A stretch of DNA of 64,000 bases from an uncultured virus (IMG/VR IMGVR_UViG_3300044611_000703) (IMGVR_UViG_3300044611_000703:1-64000), one strand, 5' to 3'; counted from the first letter of the stretch, positions 9,801 to 20,941 are shown. Notes: generated by a model from the letters alone, not told the origin. Numbers and translations: made by a program.

Positions 9801-12208
9801 GCAAAATCTTGGAAAGACAACATGGTACCAGGTTCTAAATTAGTAGCATTTGGTGTACAAACAATCGCGATTACATTATCATAGTGAAATTTAGTTAATG
9901 GATTATTCAAATTCGGTTGAAATGTTACTTTAATTCTATTAACACCACCTCCCGGATTACTAGGACTTTCATTAAAATATTTTGCCTTGGTGTTAAATAA
10001 ATTTAATCTTTCAGGTATAGTTAAACTTGATGTGAAATATGCAAACTCTGGTGAATCAGGTTCTGATGTACCACTAGCCGCGGTATTCTCATCATTATTT
10101 GTAGATATCACCATTTCAGGTACTCTAGTAGAAACCGTTAAAGTTTCCTGTTCAGTAAACCCTAAAGATTGCCCCGCAAACATAAACTGATAGTTAGAAT
10201 CTGAGCTATAAATACCAGGGTTACCTGATGTTCCTGAATAGCTAGGTTTATTACCATATTGTGAAGAAATTTGAAATGGTGTTAGTAACGACGTACCAAC
10301 CCCTTCATATTGTGTAACATCTTCAGTATCTACCGCTAACTGTTCCACACCCGGTTCATCTTTAGGTAAATTACTGTTATCCCCACAATCACAAAATGAA
10401 CATTCAGGATATGATAAATTAGGTATTTTAATGTTTTTTAATTTATCAGGAAATTCATTAATATCCTTTATCATTTTATTTAAATCCGCAAAAGTAGGAC
10501 AATCCAATTTATCTTTCCATTTTTTAAATGTTTTACCACCTAACCAATTAGGTAAATTAGCCAAAACACTTACAATACCATATAAAATATTACAAATTAA
10601 AATAACAACTGTCATAATAATAGCGATAATCACTGTTAAAAGTAATGCTAAAATTTTAAGAACAAACCAAAGAATATGAATAACAGGTATTAATGATATA
10701 AAAACCGGTCTGAATAAAAATAACATAATCCAAAATAAAAAATAAATTAAGTCAAACCTAAAAACACCATCATTTGTTGGGAACTTGTTATTTTCACTTT
10801 CACAAGATTCATCTAAAATATTTTTAATACCTATAAATTGTGTATTTAAATAACCTTTTCTATATTGGTCAACTAATTGAGAGACAGTATAAACTTTATT
10901 ATATTGCATTAAATAAAACGTATCTGTACAATCTATTGCCGATTGAAAATCAACATAATCATCCCAATCTAAACTAAACGCGTATGACTTTTTTTTAAGT
11001 GTTGCGTTTGGGTTTGAACCACTATTAGTCCAACCATGTTCTTTAACATTTGGTACTAAAAAATACCCTCTTCTAACAGGTTCTGATATTGATGGTGATT
11101 GATTCCATTTAACTTTGAAACGATATTTACCTTTAGTTGGAATACCTTTTTTAGGGTCATCAGATATAACTTGTTCACCAAACTCATTAGTTATTAAATA
11201 ATCCAAATTCATTGGGACATCTACTAACCACGCACCATTATCATCAATAACTTGACCACCCTCTTCTAAATCCACTGTCTCTAAAATTGGTTTACCTTGA
11301 GCGTCTAAAAAAATAGTTTGTCTTATAGCCAATATTTCTCCCGGACCGGTCACTAAAGTACATTGTGAACCGGATTTAAGTCGGGGTTTACAATTTCTCG
11401 GAAGGGCTTCGTCATCGTTACTTGAAACAATCGAACCCATAAAGATGGATGTTGGTCTAATATCAATACCGGATTCTTTAGATAAATCAAAATCAGTTCT
11501 TGTTATACCCAAATTACATATTTCAGGTTGACCCCATAACGGCTCAACCTCAATAGTTCTATTAAAATTAATAATTTGAGGTAACGAATTTAAATTTGTA
11601 GAAGATTTAAAATTTATACCCGCAACTTGAGCTGGCGTTGCAAGACCCATTCTTATCAAATCTTGGGGTGATAATGAGAATTCCCCAATATCTGATAAGT
11701 CAATATCAACAACAACTGTTTGACTTCCGGTTGGTACACCAAAAATCATATAGTCACCGCTAGAGTTTGTTACTGTAGAGTATTTGAAGTATTTGTCATA
11801 TACCTGTATTAAAGTTGGGTCGGTTAAAACATCCTCCCGATTAAAAAAAGTTCCTGTTGGATTATGTCCACTATGAGATTTAACATATGGTAGTAGATTA
11901 TATCTATAACCATCTTCATTCAAATCTGTTAATGTTTTATACGGATATAAATCAGAAGTAACCGGATTAAGTTCGTCATTTGTGTCTAAAGGTATAAACA
12001 CAGAAACTTTAGCATTTGGAATACCAAAACCATTGTTCACACTTACCCTACCAACAATAACCCCGTAATCAGAGCATTGTCTAGTGTATATTTGACTTTG
12101 TAATAATTTTAGAGATAATATTTCTAAATACTCAAATTCTTGGTCTATCAAGACGTTAAGTGATTTGTCAACACCCGGCTCTGTACGTATTCTAAATGAA
12201 TTGGACAT
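6848..12208 (-). CDS. Large virion-cluster protein with N-terminal carboxypeptidase-regulatory-like beta domain and a long hydrophobic segment
   Basis: 1786 aa; GRVSVNNGFGIPNAKVSV...TVTNSSGDYMIFGVPTG; hydrophobic stretch at about aa 485-550; PPPPTVLPPLPPLP tract. Confidence 0.6.
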   Translation of the reverse strand: MSNSFRIRTEPGVDKSLNVLIDQEFEYLEILSLKLLQSQIYTRQCSDYGVIVGRVSVNNGFGIPNAKVSVFIPLDTNDELNPVTSDLYPYKTLTDLNEDGYRYNLLPYVKSHSGHNPTGTFFNREDVLTDPTLIQVYDKYFKYSTVTNSSGDYMIFGVPTGSQTVVVDIDLSDIGEFSLSPQDLIRMGLATPAQVAGINFKSSTNLNSLPQIINFNRTIEVEPLWGQPEICNLGITRTDFDLSKESGIDIRPTSIFMGSIVSSNDDEALPRNCKPRLKSGSQCTLVTGPGEILAIRQTIFLDAQGKPILETVDLEEGGQVIDDNGAWLVDVPMNLDYLITNEFGEQVISDDPKKGIPTKGKYRFKVKWNQSPSISEPVRRGYFLVPNVKEHGWTNSGSNPNATLKKKSYAFSLDWDDYVDFQSAIDCTDTFYLMQYNKVYTVSQLVDQYRKGYLNTQFIGIKNILDESCESENNKFPTNDGVFRFDLIYFLFWIMLFLFRPVFISLIPVIHILWFVLKILALLLTVIIAIIMTVVILICNILYGIVSVLANLPNWLGGKTFKKWKDKLDCPTFADLNKMIKDINEFPDKLKNIKIPNLSYPECSFCDCGDNSNLPKDEPGVEQLAVDTEDVTQYEGVGTSLLTPFQISSQYGNKPSYSGTSGNPGIYSSDSNYQFMFAGQSLGFTEQETLTVSTRVPEMVISTNNDENTAASGTSEPDSPEFAYFTSSLTIPERLNLFNTKAKYFNESPSNPGGGVNRIKVTFQPNLNNPLTKFHYDNVIAIVCTPNATNLEPGTMLSFQDFALSKDKNVINTGTTLNEYGTNTITGTTINSGSTTNPGTIKINYANPNGSGNMPTEVEYQIVTFSGDPKYARFPMDVEYFQVITGMTYSEYSGMCNSNTASSPNDWNSNNSFNNRFLSNDMRFYRITQFQTDDTVSGFPCGRPLSWDTTERFFSPVEYYKSIEKQRVIFLVRGVDPNSSRTKVQYDLSRLFGYNFGNSSTIITGNNYKLNYPIQGTLNCVNHITTSNLTSNFYFNSFRFEPSITPPPPTVLPPLPPLPETFGFSSFTSNLHTFYSNLDSTNGSFTPGQGALPLSSVTLPSSSPIKVVNDYINNSPPPFSFSDGTQGWNGFIVEWDIQYTRLVNCVGPFTKLYNRRAGTENVSPTDNRGYYPGEIVEGGSMFYQRLNINQAISPDPLLLDNVYYAPKYPSSGTTPAEITAASLIFNLNSTNQTKIVMRSDRLPTSTLVQNNLGNSFPLHTNSNFVIFVVTDDGATINQSVGGTGSSSVFVGEAGAFAPEPIVGPDAEPELVNQILKSFNCGDMAPLGCYYSDEPSPGKYNLKIYDKGNPCWSFGSGKVKFDGGCYILITQPILSLLSGQDFQVVFEWTNRIQVMFGACRNVFSHLFTNNWINGVLYPFSFSNDIVFNSQNRPVSRICSENIYFDQDTNNFYYRSSPWNDSTSEFVGMDRPEPNPIISGIFGGYGGNLKNLKYPTTIMDLGPRNLYIQELVMSDDFDGYVANRLNTSSYGDVSELLNLLIITRLASPGFLERIGVTNVGILSFFSRTKLMIDGDYAQMIAINSELSVAPFQSLNYPDNPAGQQNPIYYNPSSDINKVVFGVFFSSDTQTRDFISPKRTIIDPDGIANQPCTFSYFSVFTQTVPFYQWNIKPDDTNSIFGSQKNGWYTNPINNPAFFNYPYQLLDRIEPSSRYMRTSQSPENKYFKGYIYSVYPDGTLNPEFNSIESNSYDDRLFNTGAPFYFYFGLKKGKSAFDRFTTKWLDTTTTL

Positions 12209-12279
12209 AATAATCTTTTTTAATAAATAGTTTATATACTATTTTCAAAAGATAATTCAATAAATTTTAAAATAAATTG

Positions 12280-14118
12280 CTAAGAGAAATTAACCGTTTT
12301 AATATTTTTAACTCTCACATTGATATCTTTGTTTGGATATCTAACTTGATACACTTGTCTTGGTTCGGCAAAAATTGTATCATCAACTAATTCAATTTGT
12401 TTTGTTTCCGAATCGATATATCTTTGAGATGTTTGAGATGAAGAATATTGACCACCAACTTTATTAAAAAATGTCATATCAGAAACGGAAATAATACCAT
12501 TTTCACTTTGAACTAATCTTCTTAATTCCGATACATTAACATTTTCACCCATTTCTTGGTTTGTCGGGTCAAAATAATCTGTGATTATATTAATTACTTG
12601 AGAAATAATTGAACCTTGATTTTGTGAATTATCTAACACAACATCAACATTTATAGCTAAGTCAATAACATTTGCACTTTCAATTGATACATAATCATTA
12701 ATCATACGGTAATTTGATAGATAATTCGCCACATTATTTTTTAATGTGTTTGAAACTATCTCGGTTAATCTACCGGTCTCATCATATGATAACATTTGAA
12801 CTTTAATTTTATTGTTTTCTTCAGTTATTGCAACTTTAGCCGGTGCACCAAATTGTGATGGCATTGTTCTAATAATTGATTCATAATCATTTACAGTAAC
12901 TGCTCTGTTTTGAGCCGTAAAGTTATACGATACTAAATTCCTAACTTCTTCTGTTGTTGGATAATTTGCCCCACCTATAGCCGCTGTTACGTTGTTACAT
13001 CTTAATGAATTAACAACTGTAGTATTAACAGATTCAGACGGACCATTTACAAAGAATGAAACTGTTCCAATTTGTGTAATAACTCCAACACCTAAATTAC
13101 TTCCTGTACCACCACCAATCCTATATTGAACGAATAGGGTTGAATTAGGTTTTAAAGTGCTACCTAACGCAAAGTTATTAGAATATTTGTATAAATTTAA
13201 TGGTTTACCATCTCGAGCAAATTCTCTTAATTGTTCGTCAGCAGATTGACTACCTCCACCAAAGGTCATTTTAAAGAACCCTTCAGGTGTAAATTCCGTA
13301 ATAAATTTAGTGGCAGTATTTACATATCTACCTACTTTAATCCCGGGGTTGTCAGAAACTTTTGTTGGGTCTTCAATAAAAACTCTATCTTGAGCTAAAG
13401 CTTGAACTTCAAACCATCTATTATCAACACCTAAAAATTCTTGATTTGAAGGTACATTGGCATATTGAGTACCATCTTTCAATAACACACTTGTTACACC
13501 TAATACGGTCTTTTCAGGTAAAAATATTTCAAAAAATGGTCTTACGTCATTAGCAGTAATAACTCTCTTGAAAACTTTAGTAATACCGTTAACAATGGTC
13601 TCACGTTTTACAATAGTATAATTTAATAACTTATTGTTTGAATCAAAATTTGGAATTTTTAATCTATTAGGAAACCCATCCGCATTTGATGGTGATGAAA
13701 AATCAATATCATAAACAGTTTCAAATACTTGACCAGCACCACTTACTTGAGAACCTCTACGTAAAATACCACAATATCTTAAATCCTCTTTATCACCAAA
13801 AGCCGGTACAGTAATTGAAAAATCAACTAAAGCTACTGACGGTCTTTGACCCGGAACTTTTAACCCATAAGTTTTGGCAATGTTAAATACTGATGACCTT
13901 TGTTGAGCATACTGTAATACCGTCTCTTGAATACTTCTATCTATGTTGAATTGAAGGTTGTCGGTAACCGCAGCGTTTAGGTCTAATAATACAGAGAACA
14001 CACTTGCATCATTAAAATTGTCAACTAAATCCGGATAATAAGTTCTTGTAAAGTTTATTAACTCAGTTCTAATTGATTGAAAATCTCTCGTAGTATACGA
14101 TATTTTTTTATTTGCCAT
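12280..14118 (-). CDS. Baseplate wedge subunit (T4 gp6/baseplate J-like)
   Basis: N-terminal DFQSIRTELINF; GGANYPTTEEVR...AQNRAVTVNDY motif; adjacent to a gp25-like gene. Confidence 0.85.
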   Translation of the reverse strand: MANKKISYTTRDFQSIRTELINFTRTYYPDLVDNFNDASVFSVLLDLNAAVTDNLQFNIDRSIQETVLQYAQQRSSVFNIAKTYGLKVPGQRPSVALVDFSITVPAFGDKEDLRYCGILRRGSQVSGAGQVFETVYDIDFSSPSNADGFPNRLKIPNFDSNNKLLNYTIVKRETIVNGITKVFKRVITANDVRPFFEIFLPEKTVLGVTSVLLKDGTQYANVPSNQEFLGVDNRWFEVQALAQDRVFIEDPTKVSDNPGIKVGRYVNTATKFITEFTPEGFFKMTFGGGSQSADEQLREFARDGKPLNLYKYSNNFALGSTLKPNSTLFVQYRIGGGTGSNLGVGVITQIGTVSFFVNGPSESVNTTVVNSLRCNNVTAAIGGANYPTTEEVRNLVSYNFTAQNRAVTVNDYESIIRTMPSQFGAPAKVAITEENNKIKVQMLSYDETGRLTEIVSNTLKNNVANYLSNYRMINDYVSIESANVIDLAINVDVVLDNSQNQGSIISQVINIITDYFDPTNQEMGENVNVSELRRLVQSENGIISVSDMTFFNKVGGQYSSSQTSQRYIDSETKQIELVDDTIFAEPRQVYQVRYPNKDINVRVKNIKTVNFS

Positions 14119-14123
14119 ATTCT

Positions 14124-14582
14124 TTAAATATTTAGGATTACAAAATCACTAGCGTTAAACACGTCATTATTTATTTGATAATCTATTTTTACTTTCGCAG
14201 TGTGTTCTTTAGTTCCAATACCCGGTACTCTAAAAACACGTGTATCATATTGGTCAACATAAGTACCTTTATCTTCCTCACCATCTGATGCCGCAGTAAT
14301 ACTTATATTTTTAATTGTTATTCCCGGTATGTATTCTTCAACAGCATCTCTAATTTCAGCATCAATATCTGAAAATGTAGGACCATCTAATGGTTCAAAA
14401 ATAAATTCATACAATCTTGTACCAAAATCGGGTAAAAAATATCTACTTCCTTTTCTAGTTAATAATAAATGTATTAAGTCCGTTCTTGTTTCTTCAGTAC
14501 TATCTGTGGAAAGGTCTAAATACTTTCCATCATAAGAATCCCTAAAAGGGAAATTAATACCATATGTTTTTCCATCTGCCAT
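14124..14582 (-). CDS. Baseplate gp25/gpW-like protein
   Basis: GINFPF...LLLTRKGSRYFLPDFGTRLYEFIFEP is typical of the gp25 family; start moved to MADGKTYG (14582) because the longer ORF begins inside the nrdA terminator. Confidence 0.85.
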   Translation of the reverse strand: MADGKTYGINFPFRDSYDGKYLDLSTDSTEETRTDLIHLLLTRKGSRYFLPDFGTRLYEFIFEPLDGPTFSDIDAEIRDAVEEYIPGITIKNISITAASDGEEDKGTYVDQYDTRVFRVPGIGTKEHTAKVKIDYQINNDVFNASDFVILNI

Positions 14583-14627
14583 ATCTATAAATATAGTGTC
14601 GTAATTATTTCTTATAAATAGAGTAAA

Positions 14628-14655
14628 ATAAAAAATCACGACCAAAGTCGTGATT
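14628..14655 (-). terminator. Intrinsic terminator after nrdA
   Basis: AATCACGAC-4 nt-GTCGTGATT stem (14634-14655) followed by a T-tract on the minus strand. Confidence 0.75.
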
Positions 14656-14669
14656 AATATTTATTTCTA

Positions 14670-17084
14670 TTAAGAACCACACCCAAAACACTCAAATTCA
14701 CTGTCTTTTGGTTTTTGATTTATTTCAACGGTTGGTTTTTCAATAGGTTTTGGTTGACCCACTTTTGAAATATCCACAGCCAAATGTTTTGCTCCGGTTG
14801 ATATTGCTTTAGTTCTAACATAATAACAAAGAGTTTTTAATCCTTTACCCCAAGAATGGAAGTGTGATGATGAAATCTTTGATAATGTTGGGTTAGACAT
14901 ATAGATATTCATTGATTGTGATTGGTCAATGAATGGTGCTCTGTCAGCAGCCATATCAATAAGTTCTCTTTGAGATATTTCCCAAATTGTTTTGTATTTT
15001 GGAATTAAATGTTCAATTCTCTTAACTTTCTTGTTGTAGTTTTTATCTTCAACATCAAGATAATGATTAAAGTTAATGTTTTGAATTGAACCCTCATTCA
15101 TTATAATCTCATTTTTCAAATCTTCAGACCAAATACCAATTTTTTCAAAATCATTAATTAAGTATTTATTAACAATTAAGATTTCACCCCCAACTACACG
15201 ACGATTAAATAATGCCGAGTGAGCCGGTTCTGTCATTTCAAATGAACCTGTAATCTTAGCAGAAGATGCAACCGGCATCTGAGCCGTGAATAACGAGTTA
15301 CAAACCCCGTGGTTGGATACTTCTAACTTAAGTGAGTCCCAATCCCACATTCTACCTAATCCTTCGTAATCTAACCCCCACATATCAAATTGGAATATAC
15401 CTTTTGACATTGGTGACCCTTTAAAGAATTTGTATGGTTTATATTCACCTGATTTACATAATTCCATACTCTCGGTGATTGCCGCAAAGTATATGGTTTC
15501 AAAAATCTCTTTATTTAATTGTCGAGCTTCTTCAGATGTGAAGATGTAATCCATTAAATAGAATACGTCAGCAAGTCCTTGAGTTCCGATAGCTATCGCT
15601 CTTTGTTCTAAACCACCTTTTCTACCTTGTTCAGTTGAGTAACTATTAATGTCAACAACTTTGTTAAGTGCTCTAACAACCTTTCTAACCTCATTATAAA
15701 GTAATTTGAAGTCGAACTCACCTTTAATAATAAAGTTTTTCAATACCATAGATGATAAAGTACAGATTGCAGTAGTGTTCTCATCAGTATATTGGTAAAT
15801 CTCATTACATAGGTTAGATTGTTTAATCACCCCAATGTTTTGATGGTTTGTTTTTCTGTTCGCACTATCTTTTGAACATAAGTAAGGAACTCCGGTTTCA
15901 ACTTGAGATTCTATAATTTTATTCCAAATTGTTTGTGCCTTTACTTTTTTACCAAGACCTAGTTCAACTGCTCTGTTATAACTATGTTCGTATTCTTCAC
16001 CATAAGTTTCCTGTAATGGTTTGATACCCGCCTTTTTAATGTCGTTAGGACAGAATAAGTACCAATCAGAATTATTCTTAACCGCCTCCATAAAGTTGTC
16101 CGGTAACCATATTGATGTAAACAAATCTCTCGCTCTCATCTCTTCAGCACCCGTGTTCTTTTTAATCTCAAGTAAATCAATGATGTCCTTATGCCAAGGT
16201 TCAATGTAGATAGCTGCACTTCCCGGTCTTCTTCCTTGTTGATTAAAGAAACGTAATGATTCGTTAACTATTTTAAGGTATTTCAATAAACCACCCGCAA
16301 ATCCTCCTGATGAGTTAATACGACTTTCTTTACTACGAATGTTAGACATACATAAACCAATTCCCGCAGCATCCGAAGAGTACGTTGAAATATCATTTAA
16401 TGTTTGTAATAAACCTTCTCTTGAGTCCCCGTGATTGTATTTCAATACACAAGACGCTAGTTGAGGTGTTTTAGTCCCCGCATTAATCATAATTGGTGTT
16501 GCCGGGGAAATAAGTTGGTTTGACAATGATTGGTAATACTCAACCGCTTGTTCAAATGATTTAGTAACCCATAAAGCCACCCTCATATACATATGTTGTG
16601 GTCTTTCAATTACTCTACCTTCCGGAGTTTTTAACAAATACATTTCTTGTAATGATTTCCATGCAAAATAATCAAAATTGTAATCATTCTCGTGATTAAT
16701 TACAGAATCAATATTTTCAGGACCATATTTTTCAATAGTTTCCATTAACTTATCATTAATAATACCATCAACGTGTAATGTGTGCATTGTGTTACAAAAA
16801 CTATCATCAGTTTCTTTGTGGTACGCAGAAATTGCTACTGAAGACGCTAATCTTGAGTAGTCATGATGACTTCCGGTGTATGCCGCCGCAATCTCGTAAA
16901 CTAACTTATCCAACTCTTTGGTTGTAATAACACCCTCTGTTGGAACTGAAGTTATCACCTTAATGAATACCTCATCAGCATTTACGTTTAATCCTCTTGC
17001 TGCTCGTTTAACTCTATTATAAATTTTTTGGGGGTTGAACGAAACTTCGTCCCCCCCTCTTTTTTTTATCTTTAATGACATCAT
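14670..17084 (-). CDS. nrdA: Class Ia ribonucleotide reductase large subunit with N-terminal ATP cone
   Basis: KKRGG..FNPQKI ATP cone; SPATP, LASC, QQGRRPG, QSNLCNEI, MPVASS, DQSQS motifs; C-terminal CFGC. Confidence 0.97.
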   Translation of the reverse strand: MMSLKIKKRGGDEVSFNPQKIYNRVKRAARGLNVNADEVFIKVITSVPTEGVITTKELDKLVYEIAAAYTGSHHDYSRLASSVAISAYHKETDDSFCNTMHTLHVDGIINDKLMETIEKYGPENIDSVINHENDYNFDYFAWKSLQEMYLLKTPEGRVIERPQHMYMRVALWVTKSFEQAVEYYQSLSNQLISPATPIMINAGTKTPQLASCVLKYNHGDSREGLLQTLNDISTYSSDAAGIGLCMSNIRSKESRINSSGGFAGGLLKYLKIVNESLRFFNQQGRRPGSAAIYIEPWHKDIIDLLEIKKNTGAEEMRARDLFTSIWLPDNFMEAVKNNSDWYLFCPNDIKKAGIKPLQETYGEEYEHSYNRAVELGLGKKVKAQTIWNKIIESQVETGVPYLCSKDSANRKTNHQNIGVIKQSNLCNEIYQYTDENTTAICTLSSMVLKNFIIKGEFDFKLLYNEVRKVVRALNKVVDINSYSTEQGRKGGLEQRAIAIGTQGLADVFYLMDYIFTSEEARQLNKEIFETIYFAAITESMELCKSGEYKPYKFFKGSPMSKGIFQFDMWGLDYEGLGRMWDWDSLKLEVSNHGVCNSLFTAQMPVASSAKITGSFEMTEPAHSALFNRRVVGGEILIVNKYLINDFEKIGIWSEDLKNEIIMNEGSIQNINFNHYLDVEDKNYNKKVKRIEHLIPKYKTIWEISQRELIDMAADRAPFIDQSQSMNIYMSNPTLSKISSSHFHSWGKGLKTLCYYVRTKAISTGAKHLAVDISKVGQPKPIEKPTVEINQKPKDSEFECFGCGS

Positions 17085-17085
17085 A

Positions 17086-18036
17086 TTAAAAATCTTCAGT
17101 AAATGTTAATGACTCACCCAATTTAGCTTTTTGGTACTCCATAGTTCTTGATTCAAAGAAGTTACCCTTTGTTTCAACAGCAATTTGTTCCATAAACTTA
17201 AATGGTTGTTCTACGTTAAATTGTTTTTTACATCCAAATTTAACTAATAAACCATCAGTCACAAATTCAAGATATTGTTTCATCAAGTTTGAGTTCATAC
17301 CAATTAAAGATACTGGTATAGATTCAGTAATAAATTCTTTTTCAATCTCTAACGCTGATAATAAAATTTCTTTAATTCTTTTCTCACTTGGTTTATTCTC
17401 AACGTGATTATTAATCAAATGAATTGCAAAATCACAATGTAAGTTCTCATCTTTAAAGATAAGTGAATTAGCGTTACATAAACCTTGCATTATTCCTCTT
17501 GATTTTAACCAAAAAATTGAACAGAATGAACCTGAAAAGAAGATACCTTCAACCGCCGCAAACGCAACCAATCTTTCTTGGAAAGTAGAATTTTCAATCC
17601 AATCTAAAGCCCATTTCGCTTTCTTTTGAACCGCAGGTAATTTATCAATCGCGTGGAAACATTCATCTTTTTCATCCGCATCTGAAATATAAGTGTCAAT
17701 CAATAATGAATACATTAATGAGTGAATATTTTCAGCCATAAGTTGGAATCCGTAGAAGAACTTAGCTTCAGGATATTGTACTTCTTTTAAGAAATTTTCC
17801 GCTAGGTTTTCGTTAACGATTCCGTCAGATGCTGCGAAAAATGATAATACATTCTTAACAAAGAATCTTTCATTGTCTGTTAAATTTTCCCAATCTCTAA
17901 TGTCATTGGATAAATCAACTTCTTCAGCCGTCCAAAACGCTGCTTGATGTTGTTGGTAAAATTCCCATATATCATTATGTTCAATAGGGAAAATAACGAA
18001 TCTGTTCGGATTTTCTTTTAATATTTTTTCTTCCAT
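17086..18036 (-). CDS. nrdB: Class Ia ribonucleotide reductase small subunit
   Basis: [44 protein letters not shown] di-iron motifs. Confidence 0.97.
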   Translation of the reverse strand: MEEKILKENPNRFVIFPIEHNDIWEFYQQHQAAFWTAEEVDLSNDIRDWENLTDNERFFVKNVLSFFAASDGIVNENLAENFLKEVQYPEAKFFYGFQLMAENIHSLMYSLLIDTYISDADEKDECFHAIDKLPAVQKKAKWALDWIENSTFQERLVAFAAVEGIFFSGSFCSIFWLKSRGIMQGLCNANSLIFKDENLHCDFAIHLINNHVENKPSEKRIKEILLSALEIEKEFITESIPVSLIGMNSNLMKQYLEFVTDGLLVKFGCKKQFNVEQPFKFMEQIAVETKGNFFESRTMEYQKAKLGESLTFTEDF

Positions 18037-18041
18037 TTTTT

Positions 18042-19424
18042 TTAATTTTGTGTTTGTTGTTTTTCTTTTCTTTTTTCTAACAAATCTTTGATTCGTTGTC
18101 TATTTCTTTCTTCAGTTTGTTCTTCAAGACCTAAAAAGGTCACCGAACTTTCTGTATCAATTTCTAACATACCATTGTCAAATTTACAATTTTCAAAGAC
18201 AATACCATCATCACCAATACGTGATTTAGTAATTGCAATCGTTGCTAGTTTCATTTCTTTTTGTTGTAGAGATTTTGCCACGGAAATAATTACGTGCCCA
18301 ACCTGTGCTTTTTTGATTGAACCACCCATTTGGTCAGTAGTTACAACATCTGATGATATTGAACTTCTGTTACCTTGTGTTGCTGTCCAACCAACTAAAT
18401 CAAGTTCATGACACATCGCCTCAAATCCTCTCATAACAGACCCTTCAGATTTCCATTCGTCACCCAAGTTTTTATCAGGAACAACACAATCAATGTAGTC
18501 CAATAATACCATATCAATTTTGTTTCCTTCAGAAATCATTTTTCTAATTTGATTCTTAATTTGCATCATTGTTACAGTATCTGATGGAAGTTTTTTAAGT
18601 ATCAATTGATTAGTCATACTCTCCTTAATTTCTTGAACTTTAATCATAACCTCATCCTTTTTTAAAGACAATTCATCCGGATGGATTTTTGTCCATAACG
18701 TAATGTGTTTACGTTGAATAATCTTTGGGTTATCCTCAAAGAATATTTGTAAAACATTGTATCCCAAATTAAATGCGTGATTTGAGATTTTTGTCAGTAA
18801 AGTTGATTTACCAACACCTGTTGGTGCTAATACAACACCGATTTCACCTTTAGCTAAACCACCTTTTAATAACCTATCTATCCCCGGAATACCCATTGGT
18901 ATCGGATGGCGATAATCTTCGTTTAAAACGTCATCTAAATTGCTGAAAACACTTTCTGTTCCCTTATCGTGTTCCCCAACTTGAAGAGCTTTACTTACCA
19001 TCTCCTCTAATGTGTCGTAACTTTCAAATTCACCCGTGTCGATGATTTTTTGAGCTTTAACCATAACTTTCTGTAACTCCTGTTGCTTACAGAACTTCAT
19101 TGATTTTTCTTGTACAAACTCCGCTCCCTCAAGTGTGGATTCCTTAACTTTATTAAGGGTATCAATAATGATTTTCGCAGCTAGAGGTTGTTGTATCTCA
19201 GATTTTGTGATTTGTTCTAATGTGTCAAAGGTTGGTGTATGTTCGTATTTTGTATAATACTCTTTAATCATTTGAATAATTAATTTGAAGTATTTATTCT
19301 CAAAATAACTTGTTTCAATCACATCGATGATAGACCTTGAAAAATCTTTATCAATAATGATTTGGTTTAATAATTGTATCTGAAAGGTACTACCTAGATA
19401 CTCGAAATTTTTGTTTGACGCCAT
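18042..19424 (-). CDS. dnaB: Replicative DnaB-like helicase (T4 gp41-like)
   Basis: Walker [25 protein letters not shown] motifs. Confidence 0.9.
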   Translation of the reverse strand: MASNKNFEYLGSTFQIQLLNQIIIDKDFSRSIIDVIETSYFENKYFKLIIQMIKEYYTKYEHTPTFDTLEQITKSEIQQPLAAKIIIDTLNKVKESTLEGAEFVQEKSMKFCKQQELQKVMVKAQKIIDTGEFESYDTLEEMVSKALQVGEHDKGTESVFSNLDDVLNEDYRHPIPMGIPGIDRLLKGGLAKGEIGVVLAPTGVGKSTLLTKISNHAFNLGYNVLQIFFEDNPKIIQRKHITLWTKIHPDELSLKKDEVMIKVQEIKESMTNQLILKKLPSDTVTMMQIKNQIRKMISEGNKIDMVLLDYIDCVVPDKNLGDEWKSEGSVMRGFEAMCHELDLVGWTATQGNRSSISSDVVTTDQMGGSIKKAQVGHVIISVAKSLQQKEMKLATIAITKSRIGDDGIVFENCKFDNGMLEIDTESSVTFLGLEEQTEERNRQRIKDLLEKRKEKQQTQN

Positions 19425-19454
19425 ATATTTTTTCTTTTAGTGTATTAATAAATA

Positions 19455-19907
19455 CTACACACTTAAGGTAACATCCATATATTTTTTTGTTAAATTTTTA
19501 GATGAAAAAATGTCAGTCAAGTTCATCAACAAGTTTTTTAGGTGTGGGCGTACATCCACAGTGTATCTTATCTTTGGAGGGTATACTTTAGCGTCCACTT
19601 GTCTATGACAAATTGTCACATCATTTTGTTTGATGAAGATGTTAAAGTACTCCGGACCATCAGTATATGACGTTTCCAAAATAGCCGGATTGTTAATAAT
19701 TTCGTACATATTATCAGACATATACGTTACTGTTTTCAATGATAATTGAGTTTGAATGTCTTCTTTAAATTCACGAAGTAATTCATAAAGTTCTAATGAG
19801 TTCTTTGCCTCATTGTTAAACTCTCTCACGTTAAAAAATCTTTGTACAATGATGTTATCATTTACCATCATTAAGAATTCTAATTTTACCGATTCTTGGT
19901 CTTTCAT
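19455..19907 (-). CDS. Hypothetical protein
   Basis: 150-aa ORF in the replication operon. Confidence 0.6.
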   Translation of the reverse strand: MKDQESVKLEFLMMVNDNIIVQRFFNVREFNNEAKNSLELYELLREFKEDIQTQLSLKTVTYMSDNMYEIINNPAILETSYTDGPEYFNIFIKQNDVTICHRQVDAKVYPPKIRYTVDVRPHLKNLLMNLTDIFSSKNLTKKYMDVTLSV

Positions 19908-19915
19908 AGTTTTAA

Positions 19916-20920
19916 TTAATTGTTGTTATAATTTCTTTTTTCTTTTCTTGTTAGTTTCATAAAGGGTCTAACAAAATTTACCCATGCGTCATCCCCCTTT
20001 GGTAGATATTTAAAAAAACCGTCTTCCATCATCATCTTTATAAGATTCCTATGTCCCCGACCATCCGGGTCTAACGTTTCTCTATAATATAACTCTACAA
20101 GTTCTTTAGCATCATCAGTAATTAACGGATTTGATAGATTTATTATTTTCTCATTAATAGTAAAAAATTCCTCTCCATGAACACCACTTTTAGTTTTACC
20201 CGATATTAAATTTTGTAATGTTTTATTATTCTTGTTTTCTTTAAGTAGGTTCTCAGCTTTTTCTAAAATATCGGTAATTGAAACCGGTTTTTCAAGTAGC
20301 TCAGGGAAAAACTTAATAAGAGTTTTCTCTCCTAAACCTGAAATACCATCAATGTTATCAGATTTATCACCCGATAAAATTTTATAAGTTTTAATATTTT
20401 GATGAGGGAATTCGTAAATATCACATTTGATTTTACTACCTAATTGATAAGTTTCTTTGGTTCTTGGATAATATACCGACACCTTATCTGAAATAAGTTG
20501 GGTAAGGTCTTTGTCCCCCGAATAAATAGTTTTTTGTTCGTTATCCGAGATTTGGCAATAGTAAGCTATCAAATCATCCGCTTCGTTATTATCTACGTTG
20601 ATTTGTCTCACATAACAATCCTCCAAGTATTGTTTGATTCTTTCTTTCTGCTCAGTGAAAGAATCTAACTTATACTCGTTGTCTCTGTCTCTACGTTGTT
20701 CTTTGTATTGGGGATAAATAAGTTTTCGAGTTGAAGAGTTATCATCACCATCCCACATAACAACAACTTTATCAAAGTTTTGTTCATCTATGAATCGTCT
20801 AATGGTATTCACAAAGTGCCATAAGGCACCTATGTGTTTTCCATTATGATAATAATCTTTTACTCCGTGAAAGCCAATCTTTACTAAATTATTGCCGTCC
20901 ACTAATAGGGTTTTAACCAC
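19916..20920 (-). CDS. 5'-3' exonuclease/flap endonuclease (T4 RNase H, Pol I N-terminal family)
   Basis: LLVDGNN, YPQYK..R, EADDLIA, SGDKDLTQL, GDKSDNIDGISGLGEKT. Confidence 0.92.
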   Translation of the reverse strand: MVKTLLVDGNNLVKIGFHGVKDYYHNGKHIGALWHFVNTIRRFIDEQNFDKVVVMWDGDDNSSTRKLIYPQYKEQRRDRDNEYKLDSFTEQKERIKQYLEDCYVRQINVDNNEADDLIAYYCQISDNEQKTIYSGDKDLTQLISDKVSVYYPRTKETYQLGSKIKCDIYEFPHQNIKTYKILSGDKSDNIDGISGLGEKTLIKFFPELLEKPVSITDILEKAENLLKENKNNKTLQNLISGKTKSGVHGEEFFTINEKIINLSNPLITDDAKELVELYYRETLDPDGRGHRNLIKMMMEDGFFKYLPKGDDAWVNFVRPFMKLTRKEKRNYNNN

Positions 20921-20941
20921 TTGTTTTGTTTGTATTCGTTA

